DNA of 39,119 nucleotides from Nemertoderma westbladi (GCA_032718475.1 JAUCBJ010005123.1:1-39119); one strand, 5' to 3'. Positions 12,211 to 25,350 are shown, counted from the stretch's first letter. Numbers and translations: made by a program. The notes: generated from the sequence alone by a model not told the origin.

Positions 12211-13204
12211 TGAGTTTCAGTCCTAATGAGGTGACTGGGATGGCGTCCAACCAGCAACCGGAGATTGGGTCGCATTGAGACGGGCGACTCCCCAGTTGCG
12301 TCGTAGAGGCTGAAAGCAGAGCCGCGCGGTTCGCCTGGTCCATGGCTCCAGGCGTTGGTGGTGTCGAGAAGGGCGGCTTTCCACGCCTCATGGGCGCGGA
12401 CCACCGATGAGTGGGGTCCAGCGGACTCGTGGAGGCGGCCTGAGAGAGCGATGGACGCAGCGGCTGAAGCCAAGTAGGCTGAAGGAGCCCGTTGCAGTGC
12501 AGAGCTCAGTCACAGCCCCCCCCCCCCCCCCCCCATACGAGCCGGGAGGCAGGCCTGCGCCCATGCAGAGTCCGTTATCCGGATGCCTTAACCATTTGCG
12601 TACCAGATAAATTACATAAATATTTCATCCCAATGACCAAGAAAAACATTGGATTGGGACCAAGGCTTATTTTCTTGTCGTACCAGAGATTTTTATACAG
12701 TATAAAGAGGATAACCATATTATTACTTATCCTACACCCAAAGGCGGCACAGTACCGCCTTTAACCAATTTAGAAATTTTAAATCTTTCACCTATGAACC
12801 CCATGGGCGGCACACTGCCACGCTGGGGGTCGGGATAAAATATGTAAAGGCGGCACACTGCCACGCTGGGGGTAGTGATAAAATTTGTAAAGGCGGCACA
12901 CTGCCACGCTGGGGGTCGGATGTAAAGGCGGCACTCTGCCGCCATGGGGTTTAAGTTATAATTATAATTGCGGCACATTGCCGCCTTAATGACCATGGTC
13001 CTGATCCTGAATTATTTCGAATGAAAAAGGTGGCAGTATGGAGTATGCCGCCTTTTTTAAGTGTTGGTACGCAAAGGGTTTTAATGGAATTCGTAACATA
13101 TAATCGAAACAATTAAAGATTAAATTTAATTTAGTAGAAGTACTGTAAATTAGGTGCATTCTAGGTCAAATGCCACGGAGCCTGTAGTATCAAGTCAAAT
13201 ATAT

Positions 13205-13546
13205 TGAGTGAGTAACTAATTTATTAAGCTGCACCCACAAAGATTTGAAAGGCAAAAATGTCATATTTTCTTGGCTGTTAGGCGAGGGTAATTACGCACA
13301 AAGTGCCTGGCGACTTATTTCCAGTGTAGGCCCCCAGATATATTACTCCCCAGATGGAACTGGTACTCATTTAGCGACCAGTTAATGATGCAATGCAGAT
13401 ATGAGCCCTGTCTAGACCATATAAATAAAGCATTCGCGGCGAAATGAAACACCCTTGGCCTTCCAGAGCAACTAACCCACGAGCACTTCAGCCAGGGATG
13501 TGCTAATTCATGGCATCGGATTAAACCACTATGCCAAGGAAGGGCC
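13205..13546 (-). mobile_element. Putative tRNA-derived SINE
   Basis: The minus strand starts GGCCCTTCCTTGGCATAGTGG (A-box), has a degenerate B-box, a central GCTAAATGAGTACCAG motif typical of conserved SINE central domains, and an AATAAA/(ACTC)n-like tail. Confidence 0.55.
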
Positions 13547-15205
13547 TATATATCGACAAAACAAACTATACGCAAAACGTTCTCATCAGTGTGCTTCTAG
13601 CTAGCATTACAGGCACTCCTCAAAGAGCATCTGAAATTGTTGATGAATGTTATTACACGGCCAAGCAAGTCCGGCAATTCATCAATGTCAACCTGATGAG
13701 ATGATATTCGTATTATTATCATTATGTGGACAATACCACCCCCACGTCACAGACACTACATACATACGTCAGAGCATCACTCATTAAACAAACACTAATT
13801 AATATGTGTCTCTCGTTAAATAGACAAAGGAGCTGCCACCCCCCAAACACTGAGGTGCAATAGCTAATTCCTTAACATCCAACATCAACTAGGGAACCTT
13901 TAAGCCATTCTTATTATATTATTATATTACAAGTATGAACTGCTAGCAATACTTGTTACATCGCTGGAACCAACACTTTACCCCCAGGAAACGAGATAAT
14001 GCAGGTCGCCTAGCAACCACTGGCCTATGAATTCCTATCACAAATATTCCGCAGGCGGTGCTGGAAAGAAGAGAAGACAAGAACGGTAAAGGTTTCGCTG
14101 CTAAATGAGTAGAGATTGGTCTGAGACCGGTGGCCTGCGTGCGATGATACACCGTGGAGAGTGCCCCACTATCCCTCAACGCAATCACGGGAATTCTTGA
14201 ATCTCATGGATAAACATATTCAGGTGTTCTTATCAGCATATGATGATGACGCAAATCCAATTCCATTTCAACCACACCGCATCGGACAACACGCAACAAA
14301 ATGAATATCAATTTATGTTGTTTTACATTTTAGTCTCCTATTACAACAGCACATACAGGGGTACCCTAACCACAAGCTACTAGAGCTATGAGAAAAATGT
14401 TTGAAATTTCTTAGGAATAGGCCCCAGAAATGGGCTAGAATAAGCTGAGAGATACGTATAGAATGATACTTACAGTTGTATTTGTTATATATATTTTCTG
14501 TGAATGCCGATGTGATGAACATGGGGTTACACGACCTAACAAACATTCACTGAATCAGTAATTGTTTACGTTACAAAACTAACAGGGCATTGCAAGACCT
14601 AAAATATTACAATTCTCACAGATACAAGGGGGGAGGGTCACCCTTACTAGGGGAAAATTTACAAAACATAAGCTGATTACGAGCAAAAATTTAACTGTTA
14701 CTTTAACTATTGGCTCACTTTTTTGTTTTGGTTAGAATAACTTGGCTCCAATAGTTCACCGAGATGGTATTCTCGTCAATATCCCCTCCCCCCACCAACT
14801 GTCTCAATTTTCAAGAATAAATTTTGAATTTCAAATCGTCCGAAGCGTATAGACTGCTACGCCTACATCAGATCACATTTCTTGTGACACATTTCTTAGG
14901 CTTAATGTAACATACATAACATTGTTTATGTTCCATGTCATAATGTACACACTTGTAAATTGTACTTCAATAATGAAAAAGGTGTCACATATCCATCACC
15001 GGTAAAAAAAAACAAGACTCGAACAAAAGAAAAACAAAAGTTGACAGTCGATATCAGACGCAGTAATTTTACAATTTTACCATAATTATAACTATTTATT
15101 GTACGGTAAATAAAATAAGCTTTATTTACCGTTCGTCCCAATATCTGTTATTTACCGATCGAGCGCTTCGAGGGATGTAAATAAGTCGGATTGAGGGCGA
15201 AAAGG

Positions 15206-17630
15206 TCGAATATTTATTACGTAAGTAGAGAGCAGCTTATCTACATAAACCAATATTGGATATTGAGTACGCCGCGCAAACACTAATTTTGGAATACCTT
15301 TTGAGTGCGTGAATGGATTTTGATCAAATTACGTACAAACCTTTTCTACGTCAATGGTCTTTGAACACATTTAATAATATTTAAGAAATTCCACCAAAAA
15401 TATTTTATTTTACTTTTTTTGCAGGGACAAAGTAAAATCAATGCAATCCTATGGGTTACTTTTTTTCCCTAGGGAAAAAAAGGCAACATTTTTTCCCGAT
15501 TTTGGTCTAAATTCGAGCAAAAAAGTAACAATTTAAAAATAAAAACGTTTAACACACCCCTCGCCCGTAGCATTGAAAATCGTATTGGTGGGTTCTTTAT
15601 GTAAAACCTCAATGATTGCAGTTGGCAACAATTGGATTATTGATGACAACAATTATTACCCACCCGAATTAGTGTAATCATTTACGTTATAATGCAATTT
15701 CTACAAGAAAACACCAAAGTAAGGAATAATTTCTCGCATTCCGATGTTGTAAAGATGATAAAAAAAAGGTATGTTAAAAAAGTATCTTACATAGTTACTT
15801 TTACGCTCGAATAAACCCCAAAATCGGGAGAAAAAGGGAGTCCATTTGCACCCTAGAAAAAAGTAACCCATACAATTGCATTGATTTCACTTTTTTTCCC
15901 TGGAAAAATCTAAAATAATACTTTTTAGGGAGTTTCTTAAATTTAGTTTATTTAATTTAGTTTATTTAATTTAGTTTATTTAATTTAGTTTATTTAATTT
16001 AGTTTATTTAATTTAGTTTATTTAATGTAGTTTATTTAATTTAGTTTATTTAATTTAGTTTATTTAATTTAGTTTATTTAATGTAGTTTATTTAATTTAG
16101 TTTATTTAATTTAGTTTATTTAATTTAGTTTATTTAATTTAGTTTATTTAATTTAATTTAGTTTATTTAATTTAGTTTATTTAATTTAGTTTATTTAATT
16201 TAGTTTATTTAATTTAATTTATTTAATTTAGTTAGTTCATTTAATTTAGTTTATTTAATGTAGTTTATTTAATTTAGTTTATTTAATTTAGTATATTTAA
16301 TTTAGTTTATTTAATTTAGTTTATTTAATTTAATTTAGTTTATTTAATTTAGTTTATTTAATTTAGTTTATTTAATTTAGTTTATTTAATTTAGTTTATT
16401 TAATTTAGTTTATTTAATTTAGTTTAGTTTATTTAATTTAGTTTATTTAATTTAGTTTATTTAATTTAGTTTATTTAATTTAGTTTATTTAATTTAGTTT
16501 ATTTAATGTAGTTTATTTAATTTAGTTTATTTAATTTAGTTTATTTAATTTAGTTTATTTAATTTAGTTTATTTAATTTAGTTTATTTAATTTAGTTTAT
16601 TTAATTTAGTTTATTTAATTTAGTTTATTTAATTTAGTTTATTTAATTTAGTTTATTTAATTTAGTTTATTTAATTTAGTTTATTTAATTTAGTTTATTT
16701 AATTTAGTTTATTTAATTTAGTTTATTTAATTTAGTTTATTTAATTTAGTTTATTTAATTTAGTTTATTTAATTTAATTTAGTTTATTTAATTTAGTTTA
16801 TTTAATTTAGTTTATTTAATTTAGTTTATTTAATTTAGTTTATTTAATTTAGTTTATTTAATGTAGTTTATTTAATGTAGTTTATTTAATTTAGTTTATT
16901 TAATTTAGTTTATTTAATTTAGTTTATTTAATTTAGTTTATTTAATTTAGTTTATTTAATTTAGTTTATTTAATTTAGTTTATTTAATTTAGTTTATTTA
17001 ATTTAGTTTATTTAATTTAGTTTATTTAATTTAGTTTATTTAATTTAGTTTATTTAATTTAGTTTATTTAATTTAGTTTATTTAATTTAGTTTATTTAAT
17101 TTAGTTTATTTAATTTAGTTTATTTAATTTAGTTTATTTAATTTAGTTTATTTAATTTAGTTTATTTAATTTAGTTTATTTAATTTAGTTTATTTAATTT
17201 AGTTTATTTAATTTAGTTTATTTAATTTAGTTTATTTAATTTAGTTTATTTAATTTAGTTTATTTAATTTAGTTTATTTAATGTAGTTTATTTAATGTAG
17301 TTTATTAAATGTAGTTTATTTAATGTAGTTTATTTAATTTAGTTTATTTAATTTAGTTTATTTAATTTAGTTTATTTAATTTAGTTTATTTAATTTAGTT
17401 TATTTAATTTAGTTTATTTAATTTAGTTTATTTAATTTAGTTTATTTAATTTAGTTTATTTAATTTATTTTAATATTATTTAAATGTGTTGAAAGAGTAT
17501 CGAATTAGAAAAAGTTTGCAAGTAATTTGAACAAAATCCATTCACTCACTCAAAAATGCAAGACATACACCAAAACGTAACTCTGGTTTATGTTGATAAG
17601 CTGATCTCTAATTACGTAATAAATATTCGA
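15206..17630. mobile_element. Foldback MITE with ~300-bp inverted arms; right arm split by a 1.5-kb satellite
   Basis: TCGAATATTTATTACGTAAGTAGAGAGCAGCTTATCTACATAAACCA is inverted at 17584-17630. 15299-15380 pairs with 17472-17556, and 15383-15506 pairs with 15818-15940. Confidence 0.85.
15941..17470. repeat. 14-bp AT-rich satellite (TTTAGTTTATTTAA)n, ~108 copies
   Basis: Directly visible and very homogeneous. Confidence 0.99.
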
Positions 17631-17819
17631 GAACATTAAATTATTTAACATTGAGTAAGGCAGCATCTCAGGAGTTGGAGAGTACAGTAATTTAAATTGC
17701 AGTAACTATGGAAGCAATATAGTAAAATACTATAGTTCAATTAATTTTATAACACTATATCGCTCTATATTTTATTAAAGAATTGAACAACAGAAAAGTA
17801 CCCATTTAAAAATAAAATT

Positions 17820-17960
17820 ACGTATTTAATGGGAAAAACTTAGAAAATTTTCTATTCAATATACCCTCAATCCTTTATTAACTTCGCTGGCGCTCATTAA
17901 ATAAAATGCCTCGAGAATAGTGAAAAAATGTTCTATTTTTTCCCATGTAATAAACAATTA
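17820..17960. mobile_element. Small palindromic MITE-like element
   Basis: ATGGGAAAAA...TAGAAAATTTT is inverted as AAAATGTTCTATTTTTTCCCAT around a central TTCGCTGGCGCTCA. Confidence 0.4.
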
Positions 17961-18740
17961 TCTCATTGTAAAATATGTTGTTTTCCTTAAAATATTCAAT
18001 TTCGAATTAAAAGTTAACATAACAAAGTTATTGCAATTTGAGGTAATGTTCCACCATTGTGTAATTAAATAATACTACCTACTACATACCAGCTATACTT
18101 TGTGAGTGAAGATGATAATTCAAGAACGTTAATAAAATAATCAACCAAAAAATTGATTCAACTAGCTACTGGGGCAAAATATCATACGAGAAAACATTTT
18201 ATGCTAAACATATTAACGGAATTACTGATCTAGAACTAGAATAAATAATACGAACTCAACAGAATGATCTTCTAGATCGTTGATTGGATAAATATTTTGT
18301 TATACCCATTTTGGAAGTTTGATTGGATAATTACTTTATGGTCCGAAATCCAGACATTAAAATCTTTATTGTCCGCACTTTTGCGGACATAAGGGGGATA
18401 TTTTAAATAAAAATATAATGACATATAAAGTTGTGGGTTAATTACGGTACGACTTGAGGTCTACACGACCATTTTATTAAATTCATTACACCATGCATTA
18501 AATTAATGAGATTCACAGCGCATTTAATGATAAGTTTGTCCGCCGTAGTATAACTAGTGATCGTATATTTCCAATTAAAAGCTAAACATTCGACAATATT
18601 TGATATCATATGAAACGGAGGACTACAGGCCATGATGGCCTATAGTTTAGGACGCCTAAATGCAGTAGATCCGGAAAAAGGATGTAAATATTCTGGTTTC
18701 TAAAATGTGAATAGAACAGGGTAGAATATGTTAGCCAAAT

Positions 18741-19168
18741 AATAAACTAATACATCCCAGTGGTGGAGAATAAACTAATACATCCCAGTGGTGGAGAATA
18801 AACTAATACACCCCAGTGGTGGAGAATAAACTAATACATCCCAGTGGTGGAGAATAAACTAATACATCCCAGTGGCCAGTGGTGGAGAATAAACTAATAC
18901 ATCCCAGTGGTGGAGAATAAACTAATACATCCCAGTGGTGGAGAATAAACTAATACATCCCAGTGGTGGAGAATAAACTAATACACCCCAGTGGTGGAGA
19001 ATAAACTAATACACCCCAGTGGTGGAGAATAAACTAATACACCCCAGTGGTGGAGAATAAACTAATACATCCCAGTGGTGGAGAATAAACTAATACACCC
19101 CAGTGGTGGAGAATAAACTAATACATCCCAGTGGTGGAGAATAAACTAATACATCCCAGTGGTGGAAA
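18741..19168. repeat. 28-bp minisatellite (AATAAACTAATACATCCCAGTGGTGGAG)n, ~15 copies
   Basis: Period of 28, near-identical units, no spacers. Confidence 0.98.
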
Positions 19169-19204
19169 TATAACAGACCAACATGAAACTTTATGTAACA
19201 ATAA

Positions 19205-20430
19205 TACACCATGACCGGTAAAATAGTGTTATTTTCTGATGACACGGACCCCCATCCAAAAAAAACTTTTTGTACAAATCCCTATCATATTGCTTGAAAT
19301 TTGAAACACAACTAGTTCAACTCACCGTCGATGTCCACATGAAGCCGGAATTTTAGATTTTGCTTTTAAATTTTTTATATAAGCGTTTTAAAAAAAGTGT
19401 CGTGTCTTGAAATTGTACCCTCCGTATCGTGGCTATTCTTCATATTAGTCGTGATTTATATATATTATATATCATTAGAAAGCTTGCGTTGGGATAATTA
19501 CAAATATGAAATATCTGAATCTCGTTGAGAAACAGCTGAGATATAGGCGTTCAAAGATTGCAAGAATTATCCTTCGCTGTCGGAGTCAATTTATTCTATT
19601 TAATAAATACACAATGTTCTGGAACATTTTGTTTATGTATGATTAGCTACATAATAGATAGTGCATAGGCATACCTTTCTTGTACACCTACTCATGAGAT
19701 AAATAATACGTTCTAGAATATGTATTCATTAAATGGAATGATTATCCCTTAGTGAACAATAATTCTTGCAAACTTTGAACGCCTGTTGTATCTCAGCAGT
19801 TTCTCAACAACGAAATTCACACATTGTTTGGAATCTTTGCAACGCAGGCATTCTTAATAATATTAAAAAATTACGACTAATAATGTGAAGAATGGCCTCG
19901 ATACGGAGGGTGCGATTTCGCAAGACACTTTTATAAAACGAATATAAATACTTATTTATTTATTTATTTATTTGTGTGGAATTAATTTCGCACTACCAAA
20001 TCGCCAGGGCGACATTTTCTAACTTTATTTCGCAGTGCGACATTATTTCTCAGTATGTCCCTACGCCATGTATTTCCAGTATATCCAGTATGTCACCGCG
20101 TCATTACTAGGTTGTTCTAGAAAGTTTGAGTGCACAACTACAAATCCCCCACAAATAAATACAATTAGATTCGCCATTGTTCATAATTAGCACATTAAAG
20201 CTTTTACGGACCTCGTTCTATTATCCTCGTGTAGTAACCTCGTGCCCTAACGCTATAATGTGCTATTTTATGAATAATGACGTATATAGTTAATTACAGG
20301 AAAAATCGAAAATTCAGGCTTCATGGGATCCTCGATGGTGAGTTGAACTAAAAGAACATTTAGTTGTGTTTCAAAATTTTTTTGGAGGGGGGGGGGGGGG
20401 GGGGGGGGGGGTTCCTTTTAGAAAATGACT
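19205..20430. mobile_element. Long foldback MITE (TA-flanked, Tc1/mariner-like) carrying a ~340-bp insertion at ~19951-20290
   Basis: Several inverted pairs: TTGAAACACAACTAGTTCAACTCACCGTCGA versus TCGATGGTGAGTTGAACTA...TAGTTGTGTTTCAA; ACCCTCCGTATCG versus CGATACGGAGGGT; GAGAAACAGCTGAGATA versus TATCTCAGCAGTTTCTC. The insert has an (AAAT)n tail on the minus strand. Confidence 0.75.
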
Positions 20431-20433
20431 AAC

Positions 20434-20543
20434 TTTTGATTGTCTTTCTCTTCCTCCTGGCGTTGTTTCTCCATGACTGCCATGATTATGGATTTCTCTT
20501 CCTCTGTGAGATGCGAAAGATCTGGCATTGGGACACCAGACAT
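20434..20543 (-). CDS. RIMS: RIM-family protein, first coding exon (Rab3-binding helix a1); absent from the ORF track
   Basis: Manual translation gives MSGVPMPDLSHLTEEEKSIIMAVMEKQRQEEEKDNQ(K), closely matching the RIM1/2 motif PDLSHLTEEERNIIMAVMDRQKEEEEK. Donor AA|gttagt, phase 2. Confidence 0.92.
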
Positions 20544-22189
20544 AGTTAGTGGATAGCCAATGGCAGTAGATTAGCAGCTGTAACAGTTGGTATACAGGTT
20601 ACAGTGGGGATATGATTTCCAAGCAACAAACATCCAATCAAAGTTAAACGAATATTTCAGACTATAAGAACAATAAATTATGAATAAATACCAAATACAT
20701 TATAATAATTATAAATTTAATCCATCAGACAGTTATTGGCAAGTTATAAGAATTTATAACTAGGAACAGTTGTTATTAGTTTATAATTTTACATAACTCA
20801 TTTTCACTATCTACATAATTCGGACATATGGGTGGCTACTAATACAAATCTCGGCAATCTCGGCGAATTAATGGAAAGGAGCAGTTTACAGTGTAATTTA
20901 TTATAACCAAAACGATAAACGATAGTCAATATAGTTTCATTAAATTAAACCGTTTAATTTTTGCTCATATAGAACCGATTTCCCCCAAGCGGGTTGTATT
21001 TTGAATTGGTCAACCCACCTACTATCCACCCACCTATCCCGCCCACCTATCCTATCAAACCCGCCCACCTATCCGACATAATTAAATACTGAACGGTTGG
21101 GTAAACATTTAAATGGTTCTTGAGTATCACAATCAGAAAGATAAACAAATAATCTCTATATTCAGTTAAAATATAACCTATTTAGAACCGTATTTTCACA
21201 ATTATTACATTTCAATTGATGAGGAGTAATTGGGAATCCTTAAACAGTTTTTACAATATTTTGTGCAAAAAATTTGTACAATGTAAATAATATATACAAT
21301 ACAGCAAATCTAATAGTTTTGATTAATTTATCAATTAAATTATTATAACAACTATATTTAATTATTGACATCTGAAAGGTAGATGAATAAATTATTACGG
21401 ATTAGAGTATTAATTACAAGATAAATAAAATTATTATTAGTTGACATTAATTAAATTACTTTTAAAAATAATTATTACAGATCAGTTAGATTAAGCAAAG
21501 AAAGTTATAGAGATATTTAATAGTTACATTTTACGAATATTTTAGTTAAAGTTTTAAATAACCATTAATGATAGTAAGATCGTATTTTGTGAGGAGAAAG
21601 TTTGACTGTCTCTGCAGGCATCTGAGGAAAGGGAAAGAACCTAACATAATAAATGGATGATGTTGTTTCCCTACCTGCATAACCTACGCTGGAGTAAGGG
21701 GGTACAGCTGAGCTGGTTCCGTCCATTCAGCCATACTTGGTTTCTTAAGCAGAGCAGCAAATGGAATCGCGCCCAGTACAGGTAGGGATAACCCTGTCTG
21801 ATACCAGAAGAAGGGGCTCCGCTCCACAACGCTATTATGCGATGTGACGCAACGGTGCGGTGGTAGTGGGTTCGTGTTACCCTCAACATCCCTAACGCAA
21901 CTCTGTGAATGAGGAATTGAGTTCAGAATGTCGCCGCTACGTGGAGTGATCCTATGGGGGAAAACATTAATAGTGAATAAAGGAAAATAATTTAAAAAAA
22001 TCGTTCTTTAGTGTAGTTCTTTAGTATACTGTAAATGACTCTTTCTCATCAAGACCGACTTACTTTATATCTAATTAATTAATAGTGAGCAATCGCAATT
22101 TTCATTATGAAGTTAAATTATACAGTACGTCGGTGGCGAATACCGGGGGGTACTATTTATAACTTCTATAGACCTAATGACTGGTTATT

Positions 22190-23460
22190 TAAATGGGGGG
22201 GGGGGGGGGGGGGGGGGGTAATACGACCTTAGGTGTTTTTTTTGTTATGTGTAACTCTGAAACAAACGCAGTTGGGAATCTGAAATTTTACAACTTTTCC
22301 TAAAAATCTATTGCCATCCTAATAACGATAACAGTTTTGAAAAATATTCCAAACTTTTCGAGTTAGGTATAGCACCACATTCAAACCCTACTTTTGGCTC
22401 TATTGAGTTAGGTATAGCACCACATTCAAACCCTACTTTTGGCTCTATTGAGTTAGGTATAGCACCACATTCAAACCCTACTTTTGGCTCTATTGAGTTA
22501 GGTATAGCACCACATTCAAACCCTACTTTTGGCTCTATTTTTGAGACGATGAAATATGATTTGTATTTGTAATCTCTATTTTTGAGTTACACCATTTTCT
22601 TGCTGTTCGCAATTAGATGGAATGCTTATAAAATATGGTAGATAGAAATTTCAAACTTTAGTTTTAAGGCGTGTGCCAAATTTTGGTGCTAGCACCAAAA
22701 ATATGTCACTTTTGTAAATTGACATTTTGGGGTTCTGATTTCGATTGAATAAATACAGTACGAGCTGCACCAAGCGCATCAAACTTGTATTTTTCGGAAG
22801 TCGGTGCAAAATTTGGTGGTAGGCCTAGCACCAAATTTAGAAATCCATCAAATATGCCACTTGATAGTGTCATCTGAATTCAAAGGAATTATTAAAAATT
22901 GCATAAGAGTTGTCAAACTTACTTTTTGTGGCGCCGGGTGAATATTTTTGCGTCAGCACCAAATGTTAAAATAAGCAAATTGATCAATAGGCCTACTATA
23001 AGATAGTATCTTGTTTGTTGCGTTATTGGTTTATGAGGGCTATGATTCCGATGGAATAAATAAAAACGGAACGGCACTGGACATCTCAATCTCAAACTTG
23101 TATTTTTTTGTATTTCTTGTATTTATTTGGTGCGATCACCAAAATTTACATTATTTCTCCGAAAATCTGGAGCATTAAACAGGTTTATTCCATTAGAATC
23201 AGCGCCCAATAAAACCTAAAATTTGAATTAATATTTATTGTATAAGTCAATTAAATATTTTGTGTTCAAACTGAAAACTGCTGGTTACTTACTAGATTGT
23301 TTCATATTTTGCCAATGTAGAGGTATATGTAAAACTCCATTTATAGTAACCAGATGATTTTTCATGGATTCCTTCCAATCTTTCCAATCCTTCCAATGGA
23401 TTCAGCGCCTCAGAAAACCTATGTGAAAAAGAGATTAGAGACTTTCATCATGACCTACTT
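22190..23460. mobile_element. Degenerate non-autonomous DNA element with internal direct and inverted subrepeats
   Basis: Starts TTAA followed by poly-G. Recurrent TCAAACTT...TTTTGGTGCTAGCACCAAA units at ~22650, 22780, 22915 and 23090. Boundaries uncertain. Confidence 0.4.
22360..22539. repeat. 45-bp tandem repeat, 4 copies
   Basis: GAGTTAGGTATAGCACCACATTCAAACCCTACTTTTGGCTCTATT repeated four times. Confidence 0.97.
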
Positions 23461-23739
23461 AAAAGATATATTTTGTACAGTAGGTCGTGGTCTTTTGTAG
23501 GTCATGCTTTCATATTTTCCGAAATATAGTGACACATACATTTTATTATATTTGTGGGTGTCGATGCTAAACAAAACTGTACCCCTATGATATTGAATTC
23601 AAAGATCAAGTGAAGACCTCCAAAATCGGAAGGGCATACAAGGTATCCTCCACATTAAATAACTGAACAAGGGAATTGAAATAACTTGGAATAACATCTA
23701 CTCTGAATAAAAGATAACTTTATTCCGTTCAGCAGTAGA

Positions 23740-24470
23740 ACTTGCCCCACCCCCAAAAAATTTATACAAATCTTAATTATATGGCAAGAAATAGTTTCAC
23801 CTACTGTAACTCAACCGCGGGGGAGTCAGAATTGTTATTTTTGCTCTCAATTCTTATAGACATGCGTTTAAAAAAAGGTGCCTCCGTCGATATTCCACCA
23901 GTAACGCTGCTGTTATGTTAACTGATAGATAGCTATGGCCATGCAAGGATTCCTAATATGTAACACCATCTGAATTTCGTTGAAAAATAGCTGAGATATG
24001 AGCGTTTAAAACTTCAATCAGTTTTCAGTTACTGTATGAGCGAGGCCAGTTTATTTTATTTAATAAAAACACAAAATTTTGAAATATTTTGTTTATGTAT
24101 AAATAGACGTAACAGTATGATTAAAGATGTAAATATTGCATTGTTGCCAGCTGCGTATGGGATAAACGATTTTCCAGAATATGGTGAATTTATTTAATAG
24201 AATAAAATAGCCTCGCGGAGATGGAAAACCATACAACATTTGAACGATCATATCTCAGCTATTTTACGACGAAATTCAGATTGTATTAAATATTTGGAAT
24301 CATAATTTTGAAAATGAATTCTGACTCACCCACCCAGGAGTTACGTGAAAATATCTATGTTTCCAAGTTCATGCAATGTCATTAAGATTAATTGTAGAAT
24401 TGTTTTTAGTGTAGAAGAGGGGGGGGGGGGGGTACCCGAATAACGACACTATATTCCAGGACATGTTGTA
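23740..24470. mobile_element. Foldback MITE related to 19205-20430
   Basis: TCTGAATTTCGTTGAAAAATAGCTGAGATATGAGCGTTTAAA is inverted at ~24239-24280, and GAGTCAGAATT pairs with AATTCTGACTC. The right end ACACTATATTCCAGGACATGTTGTA is the inverse of a sequence similar to the 19205 left end. Confidence 0.7.
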
Positions 24471-25296
24471 TGGCAGTCCCTGTTGGTTGGGCTCCCTCTT
24501 ACCATAAGACACAAAATCACTTGATGGTACAACCTGTATACCAGTAAACTACGTATGGTTCATGGTATTAAACTACAATACTCACCGAACAAATGAAGCA
24601 TTGTACAATGACCGAGAATTGCAAATCCCAGCTTGACTCTGCAGGCAGGATCGTAAATGAGCAGGTTACAGACAGAGAGGCGGATTTAATAAGAAGCAAT
24701 AATGAGCAAAAGTTAGCACATGTTACAAGAATAAAGGTAGTTTATGTATATTTAATGTATATATTATGCAGGGATGTAAAGGGTTAAAATCATAAAAATA
24801 TTGATTTTGATGAAAATAAATATTGATGCTTGGGCTTCCAATTAGGAAGCCCTGTTTCGATGCCTTTACGGTGCAGCACTGTTTGGCCCAAAATGCTACA
24901 GTCTAGCCCAACCCAATATTCCATCCTCGACTAGTTGATAAAAGGAAACCAAGGGAATACAATGGAAGGGTTTAACTGTGCTACTGTGGAAGACAAGGCA
25001 TTCCCTGGCCTAAAAATCCTAAAATATCCACTCATTAATTTATTTCTCTATTGTTATTTTCCTTAGTCGATCTAACACCATGTGGACGATACCGATCAGC
25101 TGATCACATGCAACGTCTGTGCCTTCAGTAGGGTGTAGTCCATTACAATCAACTACTATATATTAAATTTATTGAATTATAATATTCTAAAAAATATTGA
25201 CATTTAGAGGTCGACCAAGGACCAATCAACAAAAACGCACTTTGCGAGACTCCCTCAATTTAGTGGTGACCAAATTTCGTTACTAACTCACAATGT

Positions 25297-25350
25297 TGGC
25301 ACACTGATCTTACCTGGCACACTGATCTTACCTGGCACACTGATCTTACC
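25297..25350. repeat. 18-bp tandem repeat, 3 copies (TGGCACACTGATCTTACC)
   Basis: Directly visible. Confidence 0.95.

Larger units (their letters stand above)
9962..12587 (-). mobile_element. Decayed 3' fragment of a CRE-clade (restriction-like endonuclease) non-LTR retrotransposon
   Basis: Minus-strand motifs appear in the expected order across frameshifts and stops: SAWAQACLPARMGG.L.LSSALQRAPSAYLAS; SGCWLDAIPVTSLGLKLTDSQFR; TLVPWSRGR; DATVVDPLASSHL; IRKYEELVDRGY; VAFETF; GPETAAFLTEIGNR; FNTASFLGTM. Confidence 0.8.
9834..13078. mobile_element. piggyBac-like non-autonomous composite element (15-bp TIRs), with a second diverged left end at 12592
   Basis: TTAA|CCCTTTGCGTACCAA ... TTGGTACGCAAAGGG|TTTTAA. 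The first ~115 bp recur, diverged, at 12588-12700. Subterminal repeats AAGGCGGCACACTGCCACGCTGGGGGT occur at 12740-12950. No transposase. Confidence 0.75.

Noticed and set aside
13600-14300. Complex, possibly coding segment
   Set aside because: Stops in the frames examined and no recognisable motif; cannot be called.
18741-19168. CRISPR-sized 28-bp repeats
   Set aside because: Head-to-tail units without spacers, no cas genes, eukaryotic context.
20205-20260. HDV-like ribozyme suggested by a TCCTCGT loop
   Set aside because: No P1/P2 pairing partners or J4/2 motif in the right order.
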